DNA of 55,973 nt, taken from an uncultured archaeon (lineage in GTDB: Archaea > Altiarchaeota > Altiarchaeia > JAFGQM01). The translations under genes were made by a program, and so were the position numbers. Numbering within the stretch: the stretch's first letter is position 1; each line of letters begins with the position of its first letter. Where the stretch lies: positions 1,736-57,708 of the forward strand of contig CAZINR010000002.1 of NCBI GenBank assembly GCA_964540655.1, in the 5' to 3' direction. Below the pieces are notes generated by a model. It saw nothing but the letters and a program-made list of their open reading frames with translations, did no database searches and was not told the DNA's origin. Below are positions 30,622 through 40,660 of this stretch, piece after piece.

Positions 30622-31817
30622 AGAAAGGCCTCTTTGTAGTAGTTGTAGGCCAGTATGTACTCGGCGTGCGGCCAGATGAGCGGCACCACCACGTAGGCCA
30701 GCCCCTCCTTCCACATAGGGTGCTTCTTTATCCCTCTGCGCATCACAATCTTGTCATCCCTCATTATGCGCGCGCGGGTGTACTCCTCCTCCCACAGCTG
30801 GAACCTCTCTCTGGTCGAGATGTGCTCTGGGAGAAGATAGTTGTATGCCTTGTCCACCACCCACCGCATGTACATGTCGGCCATCCACTTCATCCCTGTC
30901 CTGGAGTAGTGCCTAGAAAGCATGGCTGTGAAATGGCACCAAGGTCCGTAGCCGCCGTTGTTCCTGCCCCAGCTCTCCGGATAGCGGTTCAGACCGCCCA
31001 GCTCCAGATCCCAGAGCTCCCGGTGCACCCTCTCGACCGTGAGCTTGACCTTCTGGTCGCTGTCCGGGAAGATGTTGAAATAGGCGGGAGAGTAGAGGAC
31101 TGCGTCCACGTCCGTGACGACAGAAGAATATGGGTCGTATCCCAGCGGGCTGCTGTGCTTGTCCTTTATCCTGATGTTCTTGATGAAAGACCTCCTCTTG
31201 GGGCTCCACAACGCCTTTCCTATGCCGTCCTTTATCCTCTTCGCGGCTTTGGCTATCTTGGGCGCCTTCTCCCCCCTCTCTTTGGCCATCTTCACCACTT
31301 CGTTCAGCCCGCCGCCGCAGGCGCAGTTGGCGTATATCTCAAAGCCCTGCTCGAAGGCCGGGTATTCGTGTATGCTGTTTATGGTGTGAACCAGATTGAC
31401 CTCTTCGTTCATGTTGTGCAGTATGAACTCCGCGCCCCTCATCACATGCTCCCAATATTCATCCGCCAAATCGTAATCGCCGCTCTTCTCGCAGTAGTCA
31501 CCCAGCGCGAACAGCACCAGCCCGTTGCCGTCTATCTGCAGCTCTTTGTAGGAGCGGTCGTTCCCCTCGACGTCGTACCGCTGCGCGAACTCTCCGCTGG
31601 GCTTCTGGTACCTTAGCATGAACTCAAGGCCTTTCTTTGCCTCTTTGAGCAGCCCGGCACCGGTGGCCCCCATGACGTCGATGGAGTGGTCCCTGGCGTA
31701 GACATAGGGATAGCGCGTGCCCGGGGGGGACGCGTAGAAACCGCCGTTCTTGTGCTGATTCTGCTTTAAGATGTCCTTACTCTTCTCGTAGAGCTTCTGG
31801 GCTTCTTTCAAATTCAT
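30618..31817 (-). CDS. glycoside hydrolase family 15-like (glucoamylase/trehalase-type) protein
   Basis: NGGFYASP...YPYVYARDHS and QIDGNGLVLFALGDY match the GH15 catalytic-domain pattern. The antisense ORF at 30516-31616 is rejected. Confidence 0.7.
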   Translation of the reverse strand: MNLKEAQKLYEKSKDILKQNQHKNGGFYASPPGTRYPYVYARDHSIDVMGATGAGLLKEAKKGLEFMLRYQKPSGEFAQRYDVEGNDRSYKELQIDGNGLVLFALGDYCEKSGDYDLADEYWEHVMRGAEFILHNMNEEVNLVHTINSIHEYPAFEQGFEIYANCACGGGLNEVVKMAKERGEKAPKIAKAAKRIKDGIGKALWSPKRRSFIKNIRIKDKHSSPLGYDPYSSVVTDVDAVLYSPAYFNIFPDSDQKVKLTVERVHRELWDLELGGLNRYPESWGRNNGGYGPWCHFTAMLSRHYSRTGMKWMADMYMRWVVDKAYNYLLPEHISTRERFQLWEEEYTRARIMRDDKIVMRRGIKKHPMWKEGLAYVVVPLIWPHAEYILAYNYYKEAFL

Positions 31818-32300
31818 TTAAACATAAAAATTGATGCAGTCGTGCTTCTTCAGCAGTTTTTCGATGTCCTTGACCTTGAGCCCGGCCTTCTCTATGGCGT
31901 CTTTATTGATGTTCTGCTCCCCGGTCAGCCGGTATTTTGCGCCCAAATGCAGAAGGTCCTTCTTGCCGGATAGCTTGCCCCTCCTCTTGCGGTAGGCGTG
32001 GCACATCGAGCAGCAGACGTTGACCGCAGCAGGCCCCTTGGGCCCCTTGTCCCTGACCTTGACGTATTTCAAGACCTCTTCATGCCCCTTGGGCAGCCCA
32101 ATCTCCTCGAGGAACTCGTCCAGCTTGGGCGCGAAGAGGCATATCCGGAAGCAGTAAAGCCCGTCGACGTCCTCTCCCATCAGCCCGGGCCCCTCGAACT
32201 CGGCCAGCTGCTCTCCTATGCGCCGCATCCACTCATCAGTGGCTTCAGGACCCAACTTCTTCTCGATATCGTGGACGCCGACCAGAAAGGCCTTCGTCAT
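31818..32300 (-). CDS. hypothetical protein
   Basis: ATG at 32300 (MTKAFLVGVHDIEKK...); abuts the GH15 gene start. Confidence 0.5.
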   Translation of the reverse strand: MTKAFLVGVHDIEKKLGPEATDEWMRRIGEQLAEFEGPGLMGEDVDGLYCFRICLFAPKLDEFLEEIGLPKGHEEVLKYVKVRDKGPKGPAAVNVCCSMCHAYRKRRGKLSGKKDLLHLGAKYRLTGEQNINKDAIEKAGLKVKDIEKLLKKHDCINFYV

Positions 32301-32380
32301 GGTGCGCCTTCGGAGCATTTTATTGTTAATGCTCCATGATATAAAAACCCTCTTTTATTGTCCGAGCATCTAGACTTCCC

Positions 32381-33583
32381 ATGATGGATGTGTATGAGGA
32401 ATCCCTGAGGATGCACGAGAAGCACAAGGGGAAGCTGGCAGTGCGCTCCAAGGTGCCAATAAAGACCCGGAGGGACCTGAGCCTGGCCTACACTCCAGGG
32501 GTCGCGGAAGTCTGCAGGAGGATAGCCAAGGACAAGAATTTGGCTTACAAGTACACTATAAAATCCAACACAGTCGCCATAGTGACCGATGGCTCGGCCG
32601 TCCTCGGCTTGGGGAACATAGGCGGACAGGCCGCCCTGCCCGTCATGGAGGGGAAGGCCATACTGTTCAAGGAATTCGCGGACATAGACGCCTTTCCCAT
32701 CTGCTTCGAGGAGTGCCATGCCGATTTCATAGAGGACGTCAGGAGCATAGCCTCGGTGTTCGGGGGCATAAACCTGGAGGACATCGCTGCCCCGCGGTGC
32801 TTCGAGATAGAGGAGCAGCTCCAGGACATAGGCATACCCGTCATGCACGACGACCAGCACGGCACGGCTATCGTGGTCTTGGCCGCTCTCATCAACGCGT
32901 GCAAAGTGACTGGCAGAGAACTGCAGGACTTGAACGTCGTCATAAGCGGCGCCGGGGCAGCCGGTTACGCCATAATGAAGATGCTCCACTGCCTGGAGAT
33001 AGACAAGGACATCTGCACACAGGTCCATGAGATGATAGTCTGCGACAGCAGGGGCATAATCCACCGCAGCAGGCCGGACATGCTTCGCAACAAGTACAAG
33101 TACATAATAGCGCAGGAGACCAACCATGCCAAGAAGACTGGGAGCCTGGCCGACGCCATGGAGGGCGCCGACGCCTTCATAGGAGTCTCGGCGCCGGACA
33201 TAGTGAGTGAGGAGATGGTCAGGAGCATGAACGACGATGCCATAGTGCTCGCCATGGCAAATCCGGTCCCGGAGATAATGCCTGACAAGGCCAAGAAGGC
33301 GGGGGCTGAAGTGGTCGGCACGGGCCGGTCTGATTTCCCTAACCAGACAAACAACGTGCTGGCGTTCCCCGGCATGTTCAGGGGCGCCCTGGACGCCTGC
33401 GCGAGCAGGATAACCGAGGAGATGAAGATAGCGGCCGCCCATGCGCTGGCGGATTACGTGAAGAGTCCGGCGCCGGATAACATACTCCCAGACATACTCG
33501 ACAAAAAGGTGACGAAGGCGGTCGCCGATGCGGTAAAGAGGTCGGCCATAGACTGCGGCGTCGCCAGGGAGGACTACATATGA
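32381..33583 (+). CDS. NAD(P)-dependent malic enzyme (short, about 400 aa type)
   Basis: LSLAYTPGVAEVC, VTDGSAVLGLGNIG, PVMEGKAILFKEFA and the GAGAAG dinucleotide motif. Confidence 0.9.
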   Translation: MMDVYEESLRMHEKHKGKLAVRSKVPIKTRRDLSLAYTPGVAEVCRRIAKDKNLAYKYTIKSNTVAIVTDGSAVLGLGNIGGQAALPVMEGKAILFKEFADIDAFPICFEECHADFIEDVRSIASVFGGINLEDIAAPRCFEIEEQLQDIGIPVMHDDQHGTAIVVLAALINACKVTGRELQDLNVVISGAGAAGYAIMKMLHCLEIDKDICTQVHEMIVCDSRGIIHRSRPDMLRNKYKYIIAQETNHAKKTGSLADAMEGADAFIGVSAPDIVSEEMVRSMNDDAIVLAMANPVPEIMPDKAKKAGAEVVGTGRSDFPNQTNNVLAFPGMFRGALDACASRITEEMKIAAAHALADYVKSPAPDNILPDILDKKVTKAVADAVKRSAIDCGVAREDYI

Positions 33584-33615
33584 TTTTTTGCTCGTCTGCT
33601 CCTAACTAAACCAAC

Positions 33616-34149
33616 ATGGCCAACATATCTCAGCTGGCGGAGACGCTCAGGAAGTATGCGGATTTGATAGGCGACATCCCCCAGAAAGTAGACAAGGTCC
33701 CCTTCCAGAAGGGCGAGCCGAAGCTCAAGATGCTGATAGACCTGCAGAGGGGCTACGAGACGACCGCCAGGATATCCGAGATACTGGAGCGCCTGGTCGC
33801 CCACAAGCACGGGGAGGACGGCGCACTCGAATCCAACATACTGGAGCGGCTCAAGTTCCTCACCATCAAGATTCAGACGCTTCTCGAGGACATGTCCATG
33901 GATGAGCTCAAAGTGCTGGCTTATTTCCTCCCCTACGGTCTAGAATCGGAGTCAAAATACATGCACAATCTGGACTTGTCCCGACCCGGGGAGAAGCTCC
34001 AGATGCTCAAGGAGGAGAAGAACTTTTTCGAGGTTCTGGACAAAATCAACGATGCCCTGCGCGTCTCATTCCTGCGCGGCAGCCTCGCCCTGGCCTGCTA
34101 CCCGGAGATGGATATCGCCGAGACGGTCGTGGAGCGGGTGAAGCCCTGA
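33616..34149 (+). CDS. hypothetical protein
   Basis: 177 aa ORF with backbone codon usage. Confidence 0.45.
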   Translation: MANISQLAETLRKYADLIGDIPQKVDKVPFQKGEPKLKMLIDLQRGYETTARISEILERLVAHKHGEDGALESNILERLKFLTIKIQTLLEDMSMDELKVLAYFLPYGLESESKYMHNLDLSRPGEKLQMLKEEKNFFEVLDKINDALRVSFLRGSLALACYPEMDIAETVVERVKP

Positions 34150-34179
34150 TTTTTAAGATTTTTCATGTAATCTAGCCTG

Positions 34180-34551
34180 ATGGTCAAAGTACCGAAGGAT
34201 AAGCCGAAGACGGGTGACATCGCTTTCGCCTGCCCCCATTCCGTGTGTAGGAAACACGCAAAGCCAAGTTTTCGAGTTGAACTCTCAGAAGGATATCACG
34301 AAGGAAAACCGATAATGCTCACCTGCCCCGAGTGCAGTGGTCTGGTGGTGCTGCATAAACAGTTCCCGAGGCATATCCTGACACTCTCCCAGTGGGAAGC
34401 CCTGCACGAAAACATGACCGATCGGGAGAGGGAGACTGCCGAATCGGGCCAGCTGACGGATGCGCAGATTTTAGCGATACTTAAAAGAGCCGCAGCAAGG
34501 GAAAACTCCGGCGTGCCCCGCAGGCCTAGATACCGGGGAAGAGACTTCTGA
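34180..34551 (+). CDS. hypothetical zinc-ribbon protein
   Basis: CPHSVC...CPEC cysteine pairs. Confidence 0.45.
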   Translation: MVKVPKDKPKTGDIAFACPHSVCRKHAKPSFRVELSEGYHEGKPIMLTCPECSGLVVLHKQFPRHILTLSQWEALHENMTDRERETAESGQLTDAQILAILKRAAARENSGVPRRPRYRGRDF

Positions 34552-35335
34552 CTGCCTGCGCCCACCCCCTTGGGCCGGGAGCGCCTGCCCTTATCAAGCC
34601 GGGAACATCCACTCTCGAATCGTAGCTGCCATCCTTCTTCTGCACAAGTATCGGAATCTCCACCGCCTCAAGCATCGGAAGGTCGTTCAGGGAGTCGCCC
34701 AGACCGACAGTCCTGAGTATACAGTCTTCGGTCCTCGAGTACAGCTCCGAGAGGATCTTCACGGCCTTGCCTTTGTCATTGTCGCCCATGATGTGCCAGT
34801 ATCGCCCGCCTTTGGTCCAGTTTAACCCGGCCTTCTCGATAGCCTTTTTTAACCCCCCCTCGTCTCCGCTGAACTTGAAGGCCTCGTCGTACTCCCTCTG
34901 CTTTGCCATGCGCGCCTCCTCTAAAGACAGTCCGGTGTCCCTTGCCACTTCCTCCGCGCTCATATCGCCGAAGCCGACTATGTCGCCGAAGCTGCGCATC
35001 TCGTCCAGCGCGCATCTTATCTCCCGGTAGGGCGTTCCCAATTCTATGACTCTGTGTTTCCCCTCCTCCCTGTCATAATCGAGCTCGAAGTCGAAATAAT
35101 CTCTCGGTATGAAGATCGCCCCGCCGTTCTCGGATATGAACGGGTCCTCCAGCCCTATGCGCTTGCGGTAGAACTCTATCTCTGCGCGCGTCTTGGAGGT
35201 GCAGGGCACTATCGGGACGCATCTCCCTTTCAGCAGCCTAATCGCGCCTTCGGCCGGCTTCCAGGAGTAGGTGTCGTGGTCTATGAGGGTGCCGTCAAGG
35301 TCGGTGAACACCAGAGTACTTCTGTATGATGTCAT
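34526..35335 (-). CDS. HAD-IIB phosphatase, mannosyl-3-phosphoglycerate phosphatase (MpgP/YedP)-like
   Basis: LVFTDLDGTL, PCTSKT and GLGDSLND HAD motifs; MpgP-like length. Confidence 0.7.
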   Translation of the reverse strand: MTSYRSTLVFTDLDGTLIDHDTYSWKPAEGAIRLLKGRCVPIVPCTSKTRAEIEFYRKRIGLEDPFISENGGAIFIPRDYFDFELDYDREEGKHRVIELGTPYREIRCALDEMRSFGDIVGFGDMSAEEVARDTGLSLEEARMAKQREYDEAFKFSGDEGGLKKAIEKAGLNWTKGGRYWHIMGDNDKGKAVKILSELYSRTEDCILRTVGLGDSLNDLPMLEAVEIPILVQKKDGSYDSRVDVPGLIRAGAPGPRGWAQAVRSLFPGI

Positions 35336-36713
35336 CTGATTTGTCGATGTAGATAGAAGAGAGTATGATGTTGGAGGTGAATTTGTTTATCCTCTTCCGC
35401 AGCGACAGCTTGAGGTTCTGGTAGGAATAGTCCTTCACCTGGTTGGCCCTGTCCTCAATCTCCTTCCAGGAATGCAGCAGTTTGGGCTCCTCGGCCTTCT
35501 TCCAAGCCTCCTTCATTATCTCCTTGAACTCGTCTATTCGCTTGGAGTCGGCCTGCCTATCCCTGCTGTCGTAGGTAAAACCGTCCATGCTCAGGGCCTT
35601 GTTCCAGTACTCCTGGAGGATGTCGTAGGCCTCTTTGGAATAATCGCTCGCCAGCTGCTTCATGTCGGTCTCCATGCCGTACTCCTTCATCCAGTAGTAT
35701 ACCGCGTTGGCGACCTCGCGCATCATGTCCCTGACATGGCCTTCGTCTCCTGGTATGTGCTGGTAGATGCCCAGGTCCACCTGCGCTATGCGGTCCATGC
35801 CGAACTGCTTCCACAGCTGGCAGAGGACGGACGTCTCGATGTCGTAGCCGTTTGAGAAGCGTATGCTCTTCAGAGCGTCTATGGCGAAGGCGCATTCGCC
35901 GCTGACGTGGTACTTGATGTCTTCCACGCCTTCGAAAAAGCCCTTCTTAGACAATGCCCGCCATAGCGGCCTTATGCCCACCCTCTCCAGCCTGCCGCCG
36001 AACTTGAACCCTTTCCCCGTCTCGTTCTTGCGGGTGTAGACGGCCTTGGTGAAGACTATGCCGGGATCGCAGACCCTCGATTTGCAATCGGACTCCCAGG
36101 TGTCCAGTATGGGCTTGCAAAGCGAGTTGACGTAGAACTTCCTGAACGATTTTATGTCTGAATCGATGAAGCAGAGTATGTCGCCGTATGTGACCGGGAT
36201 GGAGTACCACAGCCCGGCGCCCTTGCCCTTCTTAAGCGATTCGACTTCCTCTTCCGTCAGGAGCTCATGCTCCAGGAATATCCTGTGCAGCAATGGGTCG
36301 AGCTGACTCAAAAAGCGCACCGAGAAGTCGAACCTGCCCTCCATGCTCTTCTGCTTGCCGTCGGGCATGCCCCTCACGAACTCCACCTCCTTGGCGAAGG
36401 TCTTGCAGTGTTTCATGCACAAGGCCAGCATGAACTTGATGAACTCGGAGTCGGGCTGGCCGTTCTCGTCGCGGGAGCCGTCCACTATGACCAGCTCGTC
36501 CACGGCCCCGCGGTCTATGAGCTTGCCGATTTTGCGCATGATCATGAGCATGGTCTCGATGTACTCCCGGTTGCCGTTGTTGAAGGTGGGCAGCACAACA
36601 GAAATAGTCACGGGGTTGGTCCCGCTCTCTTGGTAGACTTTGAGCCCGAGCTTCAGAGCCTCGATGTCCTGCTCCTTTATCTGCTCGTTGTCTTCGACCT
36701 TGGTCGATATCAT
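35295..36713 (-). CDS. GT-A fold glycosyltransferase, glycosyl-3-phosphoglycerate-synthase-like
   Basis: ISVVLPTFNN, VIVDGS and FIDSDI (DxD). Operonic overlap with the MpgP-like gene. The family assignment is tentative. Confidence 0.5.
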   Translation of the reverse strand: MISTKVEDNEQIKEQDIEALKLGLKVYQESGTNPVTISVVLPTFNNGNREYIETMLMIMRKIGKLIDRGAVDELVIVDGSRDENGQPDSEFIKFMLALCMKHCKTFAKEVEFVRGMPDGKQKSMEGRFDFSVRFLSQLDPLLHRIFLEHELLTEEEVESLKKGKGAGLWYSIPVTYGDILCFIDSDIKSFRKFYVNSLCKPILDTWESDCKSRVCDPGIVFTKAVYTRKNETGKGFKFGGRLERVGIRPLWRALSKKGFFEGVEDIKYHVSGECAFAIDALKSIRFSNGYDIETSVLCQLWKQFGMDRIAQVDLGIYQHIPGDEGHVRDMMREVANAVYYWMKEYGMETDMKQLASDYSKEAYDILQEYWNKALSMDGFTYDSRDRQADSKRIDEFKEIMKEAWKKAEEPKLLHSWKEIEDRANQVKDYSYQNLKLSLRKRINKFTSNIILSSIYIDKSDDIIQKYSGVHRP

Positions 36714-36778
36714 GGCTTAAACTAGAAGGGGAAGCGTAAAAAGAATTTAGAAGGGGGCATAATGCATCCTCCCGATCC

Positions 36779-37165
36779 TTATATTCTTTTAAGGTCCTTC
36801 ATCTCGCTCTTGAACCTCCTGCTGCGCTCTTCTATCTCGCGCAGGTTGTTCTTGGACTCGGCGCCGTCGATGACCTCCATCTGCTTCTTGACCAGGCTGG
36901 TGAAGACGTCCATGATGTTTACGAATTTGTTGGCCATGATGTCGCTCCTGCGCATCAGACCCCGCGTCGTCCCGACGAAGATTATCGCCATGCCTATTAT
37001 CTGGACCACCCCGTAGATGATCTCGTTGCTGTATATGGCATCCACGTCGATGTTCCTCCTCTGCACCTGCTCCAGGTTCTGGAAGTTGAGATAGACCCCG
37101 GAGACCGTCAGCAGGAAACCCACAAGAATTATAGCCGCCACCTCTGTATTGACCGTCCTGACCAT
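36779..37165 (-). CDS. hypothetical membrane protein
   Basis: ATG at 37165 (MVRTVNTEVAAIILVGFLL...); two predicted TM segments. Confidence 0.45.
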   Translation of the reverse strand: MVRTVNTEVAAIILVGFLLTVSGVYLNFQNLEQVQRRNIDVDAIYSNEIIYGVVQIIGMAIIFVGTTRGLMRRSDIMANKFVNIMDVFTSLVKKQMEVIDGAESKNNLREIEERSRRFKSEMKDLKRI

Positions 37166-37214
37166 TTTAGAAATTAGATACCCCCGTAAGTATAAGGGGG
37201 CGAAGTATAAAAGC

Positions 37215-38603
37215 TTAGCGCATGACCCTGAGTATCCCGCGCGCGGCAAGAACTCCGGTCGCCGCTGCGTTGATTATGTCTCTGGAGAGTCCGCACCCGT
37301 CTCCGGCGGCGAACAGATTCTTGACCGAAGTCTGCATGTTCTCATCCACCGCGGTCATGGTCGAGTAAAACTTTATCTCCGGGGCGTAGAGCAGCGTGGA
37401 GTCCGACACTACCCCGGGTATGACCTCGTTGAGCTTCTCCAGACCCTCTATGATGTTCATGACTATGCGATGCGGCATGGCCATGGATATGTCGCCGGGC
37501 GTGACATCAGTCAGAGTGGGCTCCACACTGTTCTTTCTTATCCTGCCCCACGTCGATCTCCTCCCGTTGAAAAGGTCTTTCATCCTCTGCACTATGGGCT
37601 TGCCGCCCCCTATCGTCGTGGCCAGCTTTCCTATGGACTTGCCGTACTTGGTCGTGTTTTCAAGCGGCTCGGTCAGCCGTATGCGCTGCAAAAAGGCGAA
37701 ATTGGTGTTCTTGGACTGCTTTCCCTGCAGAGAGTGGCCATTGACGCCTATATGGCCGTCATAGGTCTCCTTGACCACGAAGCCCTCGTGGTTGGTGCAG
37801 AACGTCCTGATGAAGTCATCATATTTGCGGGTCCTTATGTGAAACTTCGGGTCCCTGTTTATCTTGACCACCTTGTCCATGACGATCGAAGGCACCTCCA
37901 CTCGCACCCCTACATCCAAAGGCCCGAATGAATACTCGACCCCATGGGCGGTAAAAACTCCATCTATCCACTCCCCGCCTATCCTGCCGGGTGCTGCTAT
38001 GACATATCTTGCCGATATCCTGCTGCCGTCCTTCAAAACCACCCCCGTGCAGGAGCCCTTGACTATAAGGAGGTCCTTGACCTCGGTCTCCATCAGAAGA
38101 TCCACGCCCAACTCTTTCAACTCTCTCTCGAAGTTGCCTATGACTGCCGGGGCGTTGTCGCTGCCAATGTGCCTCTGCTCGATGTCGATGAATTCAACTC
38201 CAACAGAGGCGGCCTTGAGCTTCAGTTCATCGGCATCCTTGCCGCTGGCCTTGTAGAGCTTCTCCGGCGCGCCGTGCTTCAGGAATATGTCATCGACATA
38301 TCTGATAAGCTCCCAGGATTTCGAGTTGTCATGCGTGAAGAGGTCCAAATCCCCGCCGATGTCCGGCCTCAGGTTGAGCGTTCCGTCAGACCATGTGCCG
38401 GCTCCCCCCATGCCGCACATGATGTCGGTGCCGCGGGTGTATCCATTGTTCTTGACGATCTCGCCCTTGGTCCGCCCCTTGATGTCCTTTCCCTTGTCTA
38501 TGAGCAGTATGGAGAGCTTCTTTGGCGCCTTTGCTAGCTCGTGCGCGGCGAACATGCCGGCCTGGCCGGCGCCTATTATAACGACGTCGTATTTCTTAGG
38601 CAT
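37215..38603 (-). CDS. FAD-dependent oxidoreductase (uncharacterised dehydrogenase family)
   Basis: ATG at 38603. YDVVIIGAGQAGMFAA dinucleotide motif and C-terminal FAAGDG. Confidence 0.75.
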   Translation of the reverse strand: MPKKYDVVIIGAGQAGMFAAHELAKAPKKLSILLIDKGKDIKGRTKGEIVKNNGYTRGTDIMCGMGGAGTWSDGTLNLRPDIGGDLDLFTHDNSKSWELIRYVDDIFLKHGAPEKLYKASGKDADELKLKAASVGVEFIDIEQRHIGSDNAPAVIGNFERELKELGVDLLMETEVKDLLIVKGSCTGVVLKDGSRISARYVIAAPGRIGGEWIDGVFTAHGVEYSFGPLDVGVRVEVPSIVMDKVVKINRDPKFHIRTRKYDDFIRTFCTNHEGFVVKETYDGHIGVNGHSLQGKQSKNTNFAFLQRIRLTEPLENTTKYGKSIGKLATTIGGGKPIVQRMKDLFNGRRSTWGRIRKNSVEPTLTDVTPGDISMAMPHRIVMNIIEGLEKLNEVIPGVVSDSTLLYAPEIKFYSTMTAVDENMQTSVKNLFAAGDGCGLSRDIINAAATGVLAARGILRVMR

Positions 38604-38678
38604 CTTGACGGATTGCAACCGGTCCACCCCGGACCGGGAAAATCGCCCTTGTAGTTAGTGGAAGGCGTCTTAAAAACC

Positions 38679-39059
38679 TTATTTTCTATGCTTCTTGGGC
38701 CAGATGCGGCCCCTCCGGTTTGAGGGCCCTGATGGTCGAACCACCCTTCTATTGAGAACAATCCTCTCAACCTCCCCATCAGCCTCCCTGAGCTTCCTCT
38801 TGGCAAGGCTTACTGCGTTCCCAAACCAGCGGTCGAATTCCTGAGGCCCTTTGATTCTCTCCCTTAGGATGAGCTCCCTCCTCAACTTCTGCCTCTCCGC
38901 TGGGTCGCTTGCGGCCCTCACCAGGTAGGCCAGGACCCTCCCTGCGCTCTCTTGGTTCTCCAGCGCCTCTATGCGCGGCTCCTCAAAGCCTATGCCCATC
39001 ATCTTGGACGTGTACAGGAAGACCTCGATAGGGTCAACACCCTCCGGAAGATTATCCAT
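38679..39059 (-). CDS. hypothetical protein
   Basis: 126 aa ORF immediately downstream of purP. Confidence 0.45.
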   Translation of the reverse strand: MDNLPEGVDPIEVFLYTSKMMGIGFEEPRIEALENQESAGRVLAYLVRAASDPAERQKLRRELILRERIKGPQEFDRWFGNAVSLAKRKLREADGEVERIVLNRRVVRPSGPSNRRGRIWPKKHRK

Positions 39060-39061
39060 CT

Positions 39062-40090
39062 TCAGCTCAACACCTCATCCAGCTTCCCCTTCTTCGCGGC
39101 CAGCTTCAGCTCCTGGGCGATGCGCCGCCCGGTGGTCAGCCCCGGCTGGATGAAGGCGGAATAGGCCGACTCGGGGACCGCTATGTTGGTGCCGGCCACT
39201 ATGCGCGCGCTTATCTCAAAAGCATAGATGTTGAGCTCCTTGTCGATTATGCACTCCAGGCAGAACGGCCCCCACAGACCGCCGAAGAGCTTTATGCTCT
39301 CCTCCACGGTGCGCGCGCCCATATCCAGGACCCGCGGCAGGACAGACTCTCGCAGAACCAGCTGGACGTTGCCAGCCACCGTGAAGCCGGGCGTTATCCC
39401 GGCGTCCATAAGCTCGCTCATCGAGCCCAGCTTGAATATCTCGTCTATGTCGCTCTCCACCCTCCGGTCCATCGACAGCATCTCCAGCGTCCCCCTGCTC
39501 AGCTTGTAGCCGTCCTCCTTCAGCGGGGAGTAGAAGTAGTGGAAGTAGAAGCGCGCGCCGGGTATGAACTCCTGGATGGTGTACTTCTGGCTCTTGTCGA
39601 GGTTGTCATCGAACTCCCTTTTGTTTTTGGCTATGAAGAAGCCGTGACCGCCCTTGGCGCCGTGGTACTTGACTATGACCGGGCCCTTGATGTCTTTCGG
39701 GTCCTTTATCTCTCGCGGCATGCGGACTCCTGCGCCCTCAAGCCATTCCCGCTCCTTCCCGCGGTCGGACTCCCAGTCCAGCACCGCTTTGTTTCCGTAA
39801 ACGGGGATTTCCAGCTTCTTGAAGTTCTGCGCGCCCATGTACTCCACGAACGAGCCGTGGGGTATGATGACCGCCCCTTTCTCCTTAAGCTTCTTGGCGA
39901 CCTCGGGCTTGAGCAGGTCCTGGTAATCGTCTATGACGAAGAACTCGTCCGGTTTGGCGAGGGGGAACGCGTCGTAGAAGCGCGGGGGCTCCTTTAGGCA
40001 TATGCCGATGGTCTTCAGACCCTCCTTGCGCGCGCCGTGGAATATCTGCAGCGACGAGTGCGAGCAGACCGTTGTTATCACAGGTTTCAT
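39062..40090 (-). CDS. purP: 5-formaminoimidazole-4-carboxamide ribonucleotide (FAICAR) synthetase PurP
   Basis: N-terminal CSHSSLQIFHGARKEGLKT and an ATP-grasp body, typical of archaeal PurP. Confidence 0.8.
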   Translation of the reverse strand: MKPVITTVCSHSSLQIFHGARKEGLKTIGICLKEPPRFYDAFPLAKPDEFFVIDDYQDLLKPEVAKKLKEKGAVIIPHGSFVEYMGAQNFKKLEIPVYGNKAVLDWESDRGKEREWLEGAGVRMPREIKDPKDIKGPVIVKYHGAKGGHGFFIAKNKREFDDNLDKSQKYTIQEFIPGARFYFHYFYSPLKEDGYKLSRGTLEMLSMDRRVESDIDEIFKLGSMSELMDAGITPGFTVAGNVQLVLRESVLPRVLDMGARTVEESIKLFGGLWGPFCLECIIDKELNIYAFEISARIVAGTNIAVPESAYSAFIQPGLTTGRRIAQELKLAAKKGKLDEVLS

Positions 40091-40374
40091 TTTTCGATTA
40101 AGTCGACTTCGTGCTCTCCCCCTTGCTCGTCATAGACGTGCAGTTTGCCGTCTTTCACTTCAAGCTTCGTGATGAAGACATACTGCGTGTCAGCCTCCAT
40201 CTCGGGAGAATACTCCGTAGTGTAAACCTTTACGAGTTTGACTCTCTTGCCGTCTTCATCTAACACCTCCACCATGCCCCCTACCTGGCTCTCGCCCCCT
40301 ATCCAGTGCGGCGCAGTGTACTTCAGCCCGCCGTGCTCGACGGGCTCCACCTCCTTCGGCGCAGCTCGGCTCAT
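40087..40374 (-). CDS. hypothetical small protein
   Basis: 95 aa, 4-nt overlap with purP. Confidence 0.45.
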   Translation of the reverse strand: MSRAAPKEVEPVEHGGLKYTAPHWIGGESQVGGMVEVLDEDGKRVKLVKVYTTEYSPEMEADTQYVFITKLEVKDGKLHVYDEQGGEHEVDLIEK

Positions 40375-40461
40375 TTTGGTTCCTTTGCTTAAAGATACTC
40401 ACAGCTCAACCTTCGGTTGAGCGTCGGGAAAGGTGAAACCTTTCCCTCGCATATGCGAGAC

Positions 40462-40659
40462 TTAACCCCTCTTCGAGGATTTTTGCTCCAACTCTTCGAT
40501 TTTCCTCTCGACCTTCTCTTTCTGCTCCGGCGTCAGCATCCGGTTCTCCAGCCCCAGCTCTCTAAGAGCGACCTCCCTGAGGGCGTGCTCCATTATGTCG
40601 GAGACCTCGGTCTCACTCACTTCCGGCTCTACAGTATTCGGAACATCTGAATCTTCCAT
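40462..40659 (-). CDS. hypothetical acidic small protein
   Basis: 65 aa ORF between the two purP genes. Confidence 0.4.
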   Translation of the reverse strand: MEDSDVPNTVEPEVSETEVSDIMEHALREVALRELGLENRMLTPEQKEKVERKIEELEQKSSKRG

Positions 40660-40660
40660 C

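Noticed and set aside
30516-31616. Long ORFs antisense to or frame-shifted over recognised genes in the G+C-rich backbone: 30516-31616, 32297-33442, 53319-54581, 40595-41803, 27045-28352, 37149-37931, 43560-44249, 24100-24687, 35472-36725 and others.
   Set aside because: Each overlaps a gene with clear family motifs on the other strand or frame (GH15, malic enzyme, SepCysS, PurP, MATE and so on). Their translations are Arg/Pro/Gly/His-rich, as expected for shadow ORFs in high-G+C DNA.
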